Below are positions 18,604-26,586 of a stretch of 64,000 bases of DNA, in pieces (the stretch's first letter is position 1; every line of letters starts with the position of its first letter). A program made the translations under genes and the position numbers. Origin of the DNA: a virus. Under the pieces are notes generated by a model that saw only the letters and a program-made list of their open reading frames with translations, did not search any database and was not told where the DNA came from. Where the stretch lies: IMG/VR virus record IMGVR_UViG_3300020020_000026, positions 1-64,000 of that record, one strand, 5' to 3'.

Positions 18604-18785
18604 TGATCTCAAGCGCAGCGGAGCGAGACGCAATCGGATATGCGCTCCGTCGAGCGCGGCGTGAGCGCTGTCCCGTTCTGGTCTACGTCCGCAACGGCGT
18701 CGTGTACGCGCGGGCGGAGTACGAGCCAGCGCCGGAAGGCGCGGTGGTGATCTTCAACACGGCAGAGGAGAATGCAAATGGCTAA
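18600..18785 (+). CDS. Hypothetical protein
   Basis: MMISSAAERDA...; GAGGAG RBS; coupled. Confidence 0.55.
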   Translation: MMISSAAERDAIGYALRRARRERCPVLVYVRNGVVYARAEYEPAPEGAVVIFNTAEENANG

Positions 18786-18999
18786 GCAGAAATATCGCGA
18801 GCTGGAGGCCGACGAGCTGGAGGCGCTCAAGGTATTCGCGGCCGAGAACGGCAAGAAGTGGAAGGACGTGCTGGCGTTCAAGTATTGGTACAACGCCCGC
18901 GTCTACCGCGCCAATGACGGCAAGGAGCGCCCGGCCCTGCACCGCCTGCGCAACGACCTGGGTCCGTCCTGGCTCGCTCAGTTCAAGCTGGTGGCGTGA
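18778..18999 (+). CDS. Small phage protein
   Basis: FAAENGKKWK...W...LRNDLGPSWL; GAGGAG RBS. Confidence 0.7.
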   Translation: MAKQKYRELEADELEALKVFAAENGKKWKDVLAFKYWYNARVYRANDGKERPALHRLRNDLGPSWLAQFKLVA

Positions 19000-19256
19000 T
19001 GGACGAGCCAACAACCTGGTCCGAAGAGAAGCTCGCCAAGTCCGACGAGCTGAAGCAGAAGCTGATCGAGCTGGCCGGTAAAGACCCGATCTTCATGCAG
19101 CAACTGATCGAGGCCATGATGGTCTGGTTCGCCTTCAGCGCAGCGCGCCAGAGCGAGCTGGATGCCTGCTTCATCCTCGACAGCATGGCGAAGCACGCGA
19201 AGCAATTCATGCTCGGCCCCAACCTGGTTGCTGAAGGAAAGCGACAGAACAAATGA
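18996..19256 (+). CDS. Hypothetical protein
   Basis: Coupled ORF. Confidence 0.6.
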   Translation: MMDEPTTWSEEKLAKSDELKQKLIELAGKDPIFMQQLIEAMMVWFAFSAARQSELDACFILDSMAKHAKQFMLGPNLVAEGKRQNK

Positions 19257-20332
19257 AAGCCGCGCCTACACTCTGCGATGACCTCTACCGGGCGAGCTAC
19301 AGCAAGGATCGCGTGCCCGGCTGGACCGACAACGCGAAGTGGCGCGATGCTCTGCGCCGGGCAAAAAAGTTCGTCCTGGACGACGAGATGAGTACCTTCC
19401 TGGGTGAGCTGGGCACCGCCGCCTTCACGCGGGACAAGCTGTCCCTGGTGGCGCGGACCAAGACCATCGAGCATCTGCGCATGGGCGCGCGACTGCCCGG
19501 CGAGATCGTCTGGGTCGAGTACAATCTCCAGAAGTCGATGACGCGCAGCAACGAGCTGCTCGGCCGCCCGTTCGATCCGTCGCAGACGCCAGAGAAAGAG
19601 GGCTGGCTCCTGATGCGGCATCCGCACCTGGAGACGGCGTTCATCTCGCACATCGTCACGCGAGACGTGGGCACGGACCACGGCGACGGATTCGATACCT
19701 GGACGTTCCCGGTCGCGCTCGCCTGGACTGCCGACATGGACACGGTGATCCCGTGGCGGCCGATTCCGCTCACCGGAGCATCCGCCGCGCCGTCCGAAGT
19801 CTGCACCGGCCTGATCGGCTACAAAACGGACCGCGCCGCAATCGTCTTCAGCGACATGATCCGCACGCCGGATGCCCCGGCGGCCCTGGCCAATCTGCTC
19901 CGCGAATGGGTCGGGGTGCAAAGGAGAATGTGGGCGTTCTTCGCCTGCATCAACGACCTCCCCGTCCTGGTGACGGAGGTTAAGGCGTCGCGCGGCTTCA
20001 TGGGCGCGCGGAACTACCGCAAGTTTTTAGACCATAAGACCGTCACCCTGACCGTGCCGCAGAAGCTGTACCGCAAGACCATCCGCGACGCCCTGGCGAT
20101 AGCGCACCGACGCGGCGGCCCGGTTCGGGGGCACTGGCGGCAAGACTGGCGCAATCCGCTGTCCCCGCTGTGCGATCACGACTTTGGAGCCGACGAGGCG
20201 CATATGTTCTGCAACCACTGCAAGGGCAAGAAAATCTGGATTCGGGACTTCATCCGGGGCGACACGTCGCGCGGGTTTGTCACGACGGACTTTCGGGTAA
20301 CCCACCCTGTGGACAACGATACGACCACTTGA
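19253..20332 (+). CDS. Hypothetical phage protein with C-terminal RGHWR motif
   Basis: 359 aa; VRGHWR...CDH...CNHC...WIRDFIRGD. Confidence 0.75.
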   Translation: MKAAPTLCDDLYRASYSKDRVPGWTDNAKWRDALRRAKKFVLDDEMSTFLGELGTAAFTRDKLSLVARTKTIEHLRMGARLPGEIVWVEYNLQKSMTRSNELLGRPFDPSQTPEKEGWLLMRHPHLETAFISHIVTRDVGTDHGDGFDTWTFPVALAWTADMDTVIPWRPIPLTGASAAPSEVCTGLIGYKTDRAAIVFSDMIRTPDAPAALANLLREWVGVQRRMWAFFACINDLPVLVTEVKASRGFMGARNYRKFLDHKTVTLTVPQKLYRKTIRDALAIAHRRGGPVRGHWRQDWRNPLSPLCDHDFGADEAHMFCNHCKGKKIWIRDFIRGDTSRGFVTTDFRVTHPVDNDTTT

Positions 20333-20357
20333 CATATAGGGTCAGGCGTCCTAAATA
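20320..20357 (+). promoter_or_regulatory. Early sigma70 promoter with tandem 17-bp operator-like sites
   Basis: TTGACA(20329)-N17-TAAATA; TACGAC-N5-GACATA (20320-20336) plus TAGGGT-N5-GTCCTA (20337-20353). Confidence 0.75.
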
Positions 20358-20384
20358 CTGGACATACAGCAAGGAGGAGAAAAG

Positions 20385-20789
20385 ATGGTGATGAAGTTAG
20401 GAAGCGGCACCGGGAGCCTGGTGAACCATGTACTGAGCCGGATGACCAAGGACCAGCCTGAGCCGCAACTGGGCGACGGCGCGACCTTGCTCCACTGGTC
20501 GGACCGCGAACCGGCGACCGTGATCCACGTCCAGGCGACCAAGCTGGGACTGGTGGTGGCGGTACGGGAAGATCACGCCCGGCGCACCGACGACCGGGGC
20601 TTCTGCGAATCGCAGGACTACGAGTACACCCCCAACCCGAATGGCCGCATCCACTACTTCCGCCTGGAGCCCGGCAAGGGCTGGCGCGAGATCACCCCAG
20701 GCAAGCGCCTCAACACCTACAAGCTGACCGGCAGCGGTCAGGGCCTCCGGATCGGCGAGCGCGAGAAGTACCATGATTTCTCGTTCTGA
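20385..20789 (+). CDS. Hypothetical phage early protein
   Basis: AAGGAGG RBS; GDGATLLHWSDR...LRIGEREKYHDFSF. Confidence 0.8.
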   Translation: MVMKLGSGTGSLVNHVLSRMTKDQPEPQLGDGATLLHWSDREPATVIHVQATKLGLVVAVREDHARRTDDRGFCESQDYEYTPNPNGRIHYFRLEPGKGWREITPGKRLNTYKLTGSGQGLRIGEREKYHDFSF

Positions 20790-20979
20790 CCGCAGGACTG
20801 AGGTCCAGAAGCTCCGAGAGCGCGCCAAGTTCGGCGGGTGCCGGTGGTTTCTCAAGTGCGACAACCCGGCGACAACGACCCGGCCGCACCCGGTACTAGG
20901 CGACGTGCCGATCTGCCAGCGGTGTGCCGACAAGATGACTGCAATCGAAAACGCAACCAAGGAAAGGAATGAGAAATGA
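20773..20979 (+). CDS. Small Zn-finger protein
   Basis: CRWFLKCDNPA...HPVLGDVPICQRC. Confidence 0.65.
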   Translation: MISRSDRRTEVQKLRERAKFGGCRWFLKCDNPATTTRPHPVLGDVPICQRCADKMTAIENATKERNEK

Positions 20980-21275
20980 CTGACATCACCTCGCTAGACT
21001 TACAGGCCGCATTTCTTGATCAAGAAGTCGCTGGCATGGCCAGGGGCAGAGCCTACTGCTTCGTCGCGGTGGTCGGCTATCCCAAGGGATGGAAACTGGG
21101 CGTCGCCTTCGCCAACGAGCAGGGCTACATCGCCACGACCAAGGATTTCAAGACCGAAGCGGAAGCGCGCGACTACGCCGAGCGGATGAACCAGCACATC
21201 GGACGTTCCGATGACGAATGCATGCGGATCGTGATCTCGACCATGGGCGGCCAGCGCTACCGCCGGGTGGCGTAA
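20976..21275 (+). CDS. Hypothetical protein
   Basis: AAGGA RBS; coupled. Confidence 0.7.
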   Translation: MTDITSLDLQAAFLDQEVAGMARGRAYCFVAVVGYPKGWKLGVAFANEQGYIATTKDFKTEAEARDYAERMNQHIGRSDDECMRIVISTMGGQRYRRVA

Positions 21276-21451
21276 TGGCAACCTGGACATTCGAGCTGGT
21301 CTGCCCGCGCTGCGGCAAGGAGAGCCAAAGCGTAAGCGAGAACAACGATCCGCCGCCGACAGTCAATTGCGGCGACTGCCTGATGGAGGCGGTCGAGATC
21401 GTGGAATTCGAGATCGTCCGCGCAACCGTAGACGCACAAGGAAAACTCTGA
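21275..21451 (+). CDS. Zinc-ribbon protein
   Basis: CPRC...CGDC; TAATG coupling. Confidence 0.65.
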   Translation: MATWTFELVCPRCGKESQSVSENNDPPPTVNCGDCLMEAVEIVEFEIVRATVDAQGKL

Positions 21452-21810
21452 TGACACCGCGCCAATACCATGAAGCGCTGAAGGAGCTGGGCCTAACCGT
21501 CGCCAGCCAGCGAACCGCGAAGCTTCTAGGCGTCAACATCCGGCAGAGCCAACGCTATGCCAGCGGTGATGCGGAAGTCCCGGAGGCTGTCGAGCGGCTC
21601 CTGCAGATGTATGCCCTGCACGGCACCAACGAGACCAGGAAGGTGGTGAAGTGCGGCGAAGAGGAAATCGAGCTAATCCATATCGAGGACAACCTGTGGG
21701 ACGCCAATTTCCCCTGGGGGACAGAGCGCGTCGTCAGCGATAGCAGCGAGCTAACCTCAACTGTTCGCGCCCGATTCAAGAAAAAGACGGCGGCGCTCGA
21801 TGCCGAATAA
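21451..21810 (+). CDS. HTH protein (XRE/Cro-like N-terminus)
   Basis: MTPRQYHEALKELGL...AKLLGVNIRQSQRYASGDAEVPEAVERLL. Confidence 0.75.
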   Translation: MTPRQYHEALKELGLTVASQRTAKLLGVNIRQSQRYASGDAEVPEAVERLLQMYALHGTNETRKVVKCGEEEIELIHIEDNLWDANFPWGTERVVSDSSELTSTVRARFKKKTAALDAE

Positions 21811-22288
21811 ACCGGACCTCCAGGCGCTGATCAGGAGCGCGTCGAAGAATGTGGAGATCATCTTCCGCAAGACCGGCGAGCTGCTCCCGATGTATCACGC
21901 GGTCACCAGCTACGGGCAGACGATGATCGTCCCGCAGCCCGATCCCAACAAGGACGTGTCGGTGGCGCTGATCAAGATGCTCTTCGCGGAGGAAGACGTT
22001 GCCTACTATTGCTTCATCGCCGAAGCCTGGATGCTTGCCGCCGTCAAAAATGTGCCTGCGGTGGACATCGAAAAGGTCGCGCGCCAGGGCCTGGAGTATC
22101 ACCCTGACCGGCGCGAGATCATCGCCTTCTCGGCCGAGAGCCGCGACGGCCAAGCGCAGACTGCCAGGCGCTTCATCCTGCGCCCGGAGATGGGCAAGCC
22201 AACGCTGTCGCCGCTGATCATGGACAACATGGAAGGGCGCACATCGGAAGGCCGGATGGTCGGACTGCTCACAAAGGAGAAACCGTGA
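21800..22288 (+). CDS. Hypothetical protein
   Basis: 162-aa ORF, YCFIAEAWM...HPDRRE. Confidence 0.7.
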   Translation: MPNKPDLQALIRSASKNVEIIFRKTGELLPMYHAVTSYGQTMIVPQPDPNKDVSVALIKMLFAEEDVAYYCFIAEAWMLAAVKNVPAVDIEKVARQGLEYHPDRREIIAFSAESRDGQAQTARRFILRPEMGKPTLSPLIMDNMEGRTSEGRMVGLLTKEKP

Positions 22289-22590
22289 TGAAGTGGATTG
22301 TTGCAACTGCATTGGTTCTCACTGCCTCCGCCGCATCGGCACAGGAGAATCGCGCCCGCTACTACTACGACGGCGAGCGGCACATTGGCCCGGCGCTATC
22401 CGGCACCATGTACGACGCGGCCGGTCGCAATGTCGGAAAGACCCGCACCCACAGCGACGGCTCGACAACGATCTACGGCAACGATGGCCGCGTCATGGGG
22501 CGCAGCTCGACCGACAGCCAGGGCACGACGATCTTCTACGACGCGGCCGGGCGCAAGACAGGCACCGCTGTCCCGAATGGTGCCCGGTGA
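22285..22590 (+). CDS. Secreted beta-hairpin repeat protein
   Basis: Signal peptide MKWIVATALVLTASAASA; YDAAGRxxG-like repeats x3. Confidence 0.75.
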   Translation: MMKWIVATALVLTASAASAQENRARYYYDGERHIGPALSGTMYDAAGRNVGKTRTHSDGSTTIYGNDGRVMGRSSTDSQGTTIFYDAAGRKTGTAVPNGAR

Positions 22591-22883
22591 TGCCGCTGGA
22601 TGAGGAATACATCGAGCGCCTGCAACGCGATCTGATCGCGCGCGGCAAGCTGATCGAGGCCGGGTGGGCTCGCATGCGCGCAATTGGCATCCCGCTCAGT
22701 GCGCCGCAGGCCCAGGTGGAATCAATGCGGACCGCGTTCTTCATGGGCGCGCACTATCTCTATCAAGTGCTTGAAGACCCAACAGAAGACGACGAGGGCC
22801 AGGTTCGGCTCATCGTCCAGGAGCTGGAGGCGTTCATAACGGAATTCTCGCTCCGTTATGTTCCATCAGACGGCACCGCATGA
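22590..22883 (+). CDS. Hypothetical protein
   Basis: MPLDEEY...GKLIEAGW...MRTAFFMGA; coupled. Confidence 0.7.
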   Translation: MPLDEEYIERLQRDLIARGKLIEAGWARMRAIGIPLSAPQAQVESMRTAFFMGAHYLYQVLEDPTEDDEGQVRLIVQELEAFITEFSLRYVPSDGTA

Positions 22884-23002
22884 ACTATCGGAAGCGCCAA
22901 CAGCTTGATGATGCAACCGGATTGGTCATCTTCGACTTTATCTTCACTATCATCTTCGTCCTGCTTATCATCGCCGCTGTTATTTTCTACGCGACCCTGT
23001 AA
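22880..23002 (+). CDS. 40-aa single-pass membrane peptide
   Basis: MNYRKRQQLDDATGLVIFDFIFTIIFVLLIIAAVIFYATL; ATGA overlap with the upstream gene. Confidence 0.55.
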   Translation: MNYRKRQQLDDATGLVIFDFIFTIIFVLLIIAAVIFYATL

Positions 23003-23045
23003 GGTCATCGACGGTAGGACAACCTGTCCTACTATCGATGAACTT
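23001..23045. promoter_or_regulatory. Extended inverted repeat centred on operator-like site TAGGAC-AACCT-GTCCTA (23015-23031)
   Basis: CATCGAcgGTAGGACA-ACC-TGTCCTACtaTCGATG, upstream of the PEP-CTERM gene. Confidence 0.65.
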
Positions 23046-23089
23046 TCGTTCATCAGCCAGATGCATCTGGCTCAACAGGAGTACTTCCA

Positions 23090-23881
23090 ATGTCGCTTAA
23101 GCATTTGTTAGGAGGGCTGGCCGTACTGGCCGCCACGACACTTCCCGCCAAGGCCGTCCTTCTTGGGAACGATGCCCAAGATTGGAACTTGGCAGGAGCG
23201 GCAACCCTGCAACTCACCAACGCAGTGCCGACAGGGCAGCAGACGAGCAACATCCCCTGCATCATCTGCGGTGCCCATCAGCCCCAACAGCCGAATTTGC
23301 TGGGATATAACTGGTTCGGCAACACCGGCAACGCTAACACGGTCAGCTTTTTCTCGACCGCTGCAGTACCAACTGGTCCGGGTGGACTTGCTCAGGATAC
23401 ACTCGGGACCGGCTACTCACTTCTGCCCGGCAGTCCGTTGTTGACGGCGTTGCAGGGCAACCTGTCGTTCACCATCGGCGTCGATGTGAACGATACCAAC
23501 ACGCCGCAGACGTTGGAGTCATTCTGGATTTTGAACCTGACTGACCACACCGTTTTGGCCGTGTTCTCGCCAAATCCTCTCGACGGTCAGCTACTGATCG
23601 CCGCGAACAACGGAACGGGTTTCCCCGATATGACTCTTAGCTTGTTGGGTGGCTCGCTGATCAATCTGTCGAACGTCGATCCGAATGATACGATCCTGTT
23701 CTTCGCAAGGATCACGGGCGCGAACGACGGGCCGGACTCCTTTTTTATAGTCCCGCAAGTGCAGGCCGTTCCGCTTGGACCGGCCGCCTGGTACTTCGGT
23801 GCCGGGTTGTTCGGACTTCTCGCACTCCAAAGGCGGCGTAAGCGCAAGCTGCTTGAACAGCAAGGCGCAGTCGCAGCGTAG
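23090..23881 (+). CDS. VPLPA/PEP-CTERM-type exosortase target surface protein
   Basis: Signal peptide; C-terminal AVPLGPAAWYFGAGLFGLLALQRRRKRK (motif + TM + basic tail); AGGAG RBS. Confidence 0.85.
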   Translation: MSLKHLLGGLAVLAATTLPAKAVLLGNDAQDWNLAGAATLQLTNAVPTGQQTSNIPCIICGAHQPQQPNLLGYNWFGNTGNANTVSFFSTAAVPTGPGGLAQDTLGTGYSLLPGSPLLTALQGNLSFTIGVDVNDTNTPQTLESFWILNLTDHTVLAVFSPNPLDGQLLIAANNGTGFPDMTLSLLGGSLINLSNVDPNDTILFFARITGANDGPDSFFIVPQVQAVPLGPAAWYFGAGLFGLLALQRRRKRKLLEQQGAVAA

Positions 23882-23891
23882 TAAGGAAGCT

Positions 23892-23931
23892 GGGCGGCGG
23901 ACCATCCCCCTGGCACCCGCCGCCCGGTTTT
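23892..23931 (+). terminator. Putative intrinsic terminator
   Basis: GGGCGGCGG...CCGCCGCCC stem followed by GGTTTT. Confidence 0.5.
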
Positions 23932-23943
23932 ATCAGGTGATAG

Positions 23944-24108
23944 ATGGACTTGGACAAAGTTGAGCGAGAACTACAGGCAATCGTGCGCAAAGATCAGTGG
24001 GACAAATGGTACGACAGCCTCCCTGCTGACTTGCGCGCGAAATTGTCACTCCACGACTTCAAGCGTCTCGGGGACTGTTTCAAGACTGCGTTTCGCGTTG
24101 ATGGCTAA
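23944..24108 (+). CDS. Small hypothetical protein
   Basis: MDLDKVERELQ...; AGGTG RBS. Confidence 0.55.
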   Translation: MDLDKVERELQAIVRKDQWDKWYDSLPADLRAKLSLHDFKRLGDCFKTAFRVDG

Positions 24109-24122
24109 ACAAGGAGACTGAC

Positions 24123-24413
24123 GTGACATCTATCGCCGCAATCGTGCTGGCTACGTTGCTCATCATCCCCGCATCGGCACAACAGTTGGGGGATCAGTGG
24201 AAGCACTCAAACAACAAGACCATTTACTTCAAAGATAAAATCACTGGCGATCATATCGGCTCCGGGTTCGTCGCCGGAAATCGCATCTACATGCGCGACC
24301 GTCACAACAAGCACTATGCGACGGTCATCAAGGAATCAGACGGCACAACGAAGTGGTTCGATCCCAGCGGCCAACCGCTCGACCCGAAGACGACGATGTT
24401 TCCGGTCCAATGA
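24123..24413 (+). CDS. Secreted beta-rich protein
   Basis: AAGGAG RBS; signal peptide ending ASA-QQ. Confidence 0.7.
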   Translation: MTSIAAIVLATLLIIPASAQQLGDQWKHSNNKTIYFKDKITGDHIGSGFVAGNRIYMRDRHNKHYATVIKESDGTTKWFDPSGQPLDPKTTMFPVQ

Positions 24414-24619
24414 GCGACATGACTCTGCGCGCGTTTCACAACGGGTTGCGCCTCCTGACCAGCCTCGACCGGCACGAACTGATCGATGGCGGCGTGATCC
24501 AGGAGGACGACGAGAAAGAGTGGGCGATCTTCCGTGAGAACCCGCACAAGTGGATGATCCTGGCGGACGACGATGAAGTCGCCGCATTGTGGGGCGTGAT
24601 GAAGAAGAGAGGCGCGTGA
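24410..24619 (+). CDS. Hypothetical protein
   Basis: MSDMTLRAFHNGLR...; coupled. Confidence 0.65.
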   Translation: MSDMTLRAFHNGLRLLTSLDRHELIDGGVIQEDDEKEWAIFRENPHKWMILADDDEVAALWGVMKKRGA

Positions 24620-24732
24620 TGCGTCTCGTCCTGGTGATCGCGCTGCTCCTGTCCGGTTGCTCCAGGCACTACGAGCGGACCGATCCAATCCCGCAGTTAT
24701 GCAAGGATTTGGGCAAGGGCGACTGCCGATAG
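24619..24732 (+). CDS. 37-aa lipoprotein
   Basis: MRLVLVIALLLSG-C lipobox; two further Cys; GAGG RBS. Confidence 0.7.
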   Translation: MRLVLVIALLLSGCSRHYERTDPIPQLCKDLGKGDCR

Positions 24733-24810
24733 CGGCGCGGCTCGCCCTATGTTTTCCGTGTCAAGCATTTTTTAAAATTCAAAATAATCATTATGCGTCA
24801 ATGGGCCATG

Positions 24811-24909
24811 TACGTCGTTTGGACGTATAGTCCAACTTCAGCAAAAGCCATTTGCTATAATGCCTTTGTCAGTTGGGATGAGCCCACCTGGCAGGCTGTT
24901 TGAAATTGT
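24811..24909 (+). promoter_or_regulatory. Operator-like site, -10 box and boxB/boxA-like leader
   Basis: TACGTC-GTTTG-GACGTA (24811-24827); TATAAT 24856-24861; hairpin TGGG-ATGAG-CCCA; GCTGTTTGAAATTGT 24895-24909. Confidence 0.55.
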
Positions 24910-24930
24910 AAACCAGAAAGGAAGTAACCA

Positions 24931-25077
24931 ATGGCTCACAAGCCAGTGGACGGCCCGGTCTATCTCGACTTCAAGGGATGGTTCTGGGTCGAGTGGATCG
25001 GCCAACGGTCGATCTATCACGGACCTTACCGCACGGAGGCTGACGCGAGAGCCAAGCACCAGGCGGTGAAGTCATGA
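24931..25077 (+). CDS. Small hypothetical protein
   Basis: MAHKPVDGPVYLDFKGWFW...HGPYRTEADA; AAGGA RBS. Confidence 0.65.
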   Translation: MAHKPVDGPVYLDFKGWFWVEWIGQRSIYHGPYRTEADARAKHQAVKS

Positions 25078-25553
25078 AGCACGTTGCGGACGACGGCGGT
25101 CGAAAGGCCGCCGGGTTCAAGGGCACGACCGGCGACTGCGTGGCTCGCTCCATCGCAATCGCCGCGCAGCGATCCTACAGCGAAGTCTATGACGAGCTGG
25201 CAGCGATCAACGCGCGCATGCCCAAGAGCAAGCGCCGCCGGAAGAAAGGTGCCGTAGGCAAGAAGACTGCCGCCCACGGCATCTACACCAGGAGCAAGCT
25301 GTTCAAGGACTACATGATCGGCTTGGGGTTCGCCTGGACGGCGACGATGCAGATCGGCAGCGGATGCAAGGTGCATCTGAAGGCCGACGAGCTGCCGCCT
25401 GGACGGATCATCGTCGCGCTCAGCAAGCACTACGCTGCCGTGATCGACGGTGAGCTGCACGACACCTACGACTGTTCACGCGGCGAGACCCGCTGCGTGT
25501 ACGGCTACTGGAAACAAAAAAAGGCCCCGGACGCGAATCCGGAGCCGATGTAA
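25074..25553 (+). CDS. Hypothetical protein with Cys-His-Asp (papain-like/peptidase-like) motif
   Basis: GDCVARSIAIA...SKHYAAVIDGELHDTYD. Confidence 0.7.
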   Translation: MKHVADDGGRKAAGFKGTTGDCVARSIAIAAQRSYSEVYDELAAINARMPKSKRRRKKGAVGKKTAAHGIYTRSKLFKDYMIGLGFAWTATMQIGSGCKVHLKADELPPGRIIVALSKHYAAVIDGELHDTYDCSRGETRCVYGYWKQKKAPDANPEPM

Positions 25554-25581
25554 GGGGTCGTCAAGCCTCAAGCCTAACTCA

Positions 25582-25610
25582 GCCCCGCACCCAGTTGCAA
25601 GGTGCGGGGC
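25582..25610. terminator. Hairpin between convergent genes
   Basis: GCCCCGCACC-N9-GGTGCGGGGC. Confidence 0.6.
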
Positions 25611-25660
25611 CTTCTCATGACCGCCGCCTGATTGGGGTCAGCACGGCCTAGCCATGATGC

Positions 25661-25765
25661 CTATCGCGGCGGGTTGGTCGGGTTGGGGTTCGGGTTCGGA
25701 TTGGGGTTCGGGCTTGGATTCGGGTTCGGGTTGCCCGGATCGCCAGGCCTTTGCGCATTGCCCAT
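25661..25765 (-). CDS. 34-aa Asn-Pro repeat micropeptide
   Basis: MGNAQRPGDPGNPNPNPSPNPNPNPNPNPTNPPR; AGGA RBS; variation among repeats falls mainly at third codon positions in this frame. Confidence 0.55.
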   Translation of the reverse strand: MGNAQRPGDPGNPNPNPSPNPNPNPNPNPTNPPR

Positions 25766-25803
25766 GGGCTTCGTCCTGTTCTGGTTGTGGGGTGACCAGG
25801 ACA

Positions 25804-25828
25804 AACTCCCCAGCCAGACACCCGTTCC
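25804..25828 (-). promoter_or_regulatory. EcfG/sigmaT-type (general stress response) promoter
   Basis: GGAAC-N17-GTT about 40 nt upstream of the micropeptide ATG. Confidence 0.5.
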
Positions 25829-25948
25829 CAGGCCAGCGCCGCCCCATGGTGCGCTGCAGCGGACCCCTGGCTAGGGTCATACCGGCCTACCCAGAAAAAC
25901 GCGCCAGCGGCCCTCTCCCAGGCCCCAACTATTTTCAATAAATCGGCA

Positions 25949-25986
25949 TACGTCCTATTGACGTATAGGCTGTTATGCCCTATCTC
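25949..25986 (+). promoter_or_regulatory. Early sigma70 promoter with tandem 17-bp operator-like sites
   Basis: TTGACG(25958)-N17-TATCTC; TACGTC-N5-GACGTA (25949-25965) plus TAGGCT-N5-GCCCTA (25966-25982). Confidence 0.75.
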
Positions 25987-26014
25987 TCTGGTGTCAGGAG
26001 AGAGGAGAAGGGAA

Positions 26015-26149
26015 ATGGCCCGCTACGAAGAAATCCGCGCTGAGCTGGGACGGCTCTACGTTCTCGCGCTCGCCGCCGCCGGGTATGAGGCCCGGATCGC
26101 CAGACTGGAGGCGGAGGCCGCAGTCATTCTTCACCTGGAGGGAATTTGA
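26015..26149 (+). CDS. Small hypothetical protein
   Basis: GAGGAG RBS; MARYEEIRAELG. Confidence 0.65.
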   Translation: MARYEEIRAELGRLYVLALAAAGYEARIARLEAEAAVILHLEGI

Positions 26150-26150
26150 G

Positions 26151-26342
26151 ATGCACAAGAAGATCATGGCCGCCCACAGCGCCGGTTGGTTTGACGGTGC
26201 GGGTGGCAAGCCGATGGCCGCCAGCAAAGTCCCAGGATTCGCTGCCTGCGTCGCCGCCTACACGGCGGGCTGGGCCAAGGGCTGGCTCGATATGGCCAAG
26301 TACAAGGCCTTCACCGCGACGCTCGCCCCGAAGGGAGCCTGA
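26151..26342 (+). CDS. Small hypothetical protein
   Basis: GGAGG RBS; GWFDG...AYTAGWAKGW. Confidence 0.65.
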   Translation: MHKKIMAAHSAGWFDGAGGKPMAASKVPGFAACVAAYTAGWAKGWLDMAKYKAFTATLAPKGA

Positions 26343-26343
26343 C

Positions 26344-26538
26344 GTGAGAGCCCTCGAAAAAATCCTCGCCAGCGATCTGCCGGTCGCGCGCAAGATTTCA
26401 AAGCTGCAAATCCTGGCGCTCCGCGCCTTTCCAAGCAGCCCGTTCCAGAAGGCAGTGATCGCCGCCTACCAGGAGCTGGAAAGGTCAAACGTGCCGGGTC
26501 GGTCGGAGGGAGGCTCAGTTTACCGCCCGGCACGCTGA
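26344..26538 (+). CDS. Small hypothetical protein
   Basis: GGGAG RBS, GTG start. Confidence 0.6.
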   Translation: MRALEKILASDLPVARKISKLQILALRAFPSSPFQKAVIAAYQELERSNVPGRSEGGSVYRPAR

Positions 26539-26586
26539 CGGCAGAGGAAGAGGAGACTACCCCTGCAATGAAATATTTCGTGATCG

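Noticed and set aside
17691-18785. 364-aa Arg/Gly-rich ORF and similar long alternate-frame ORFs (e.g. 41042-42160, 52696-53814, 18983-19921)
   Set aside because: High-GC shadow frames over well-supported genes; only the last 61 codons (18600-18785) of the first look real.
25632-25941. Four longer ORFs over the hexamer repeat (GLGFGF, PEPEP, GSGSD, TRTRI frames)
   Set aside because: No convincing RBS, and the repeat variation is mostly synonymous in the Asn-Pro frame (and its antisense mirror); the short minus-strand peptide is preferred, though not proven.
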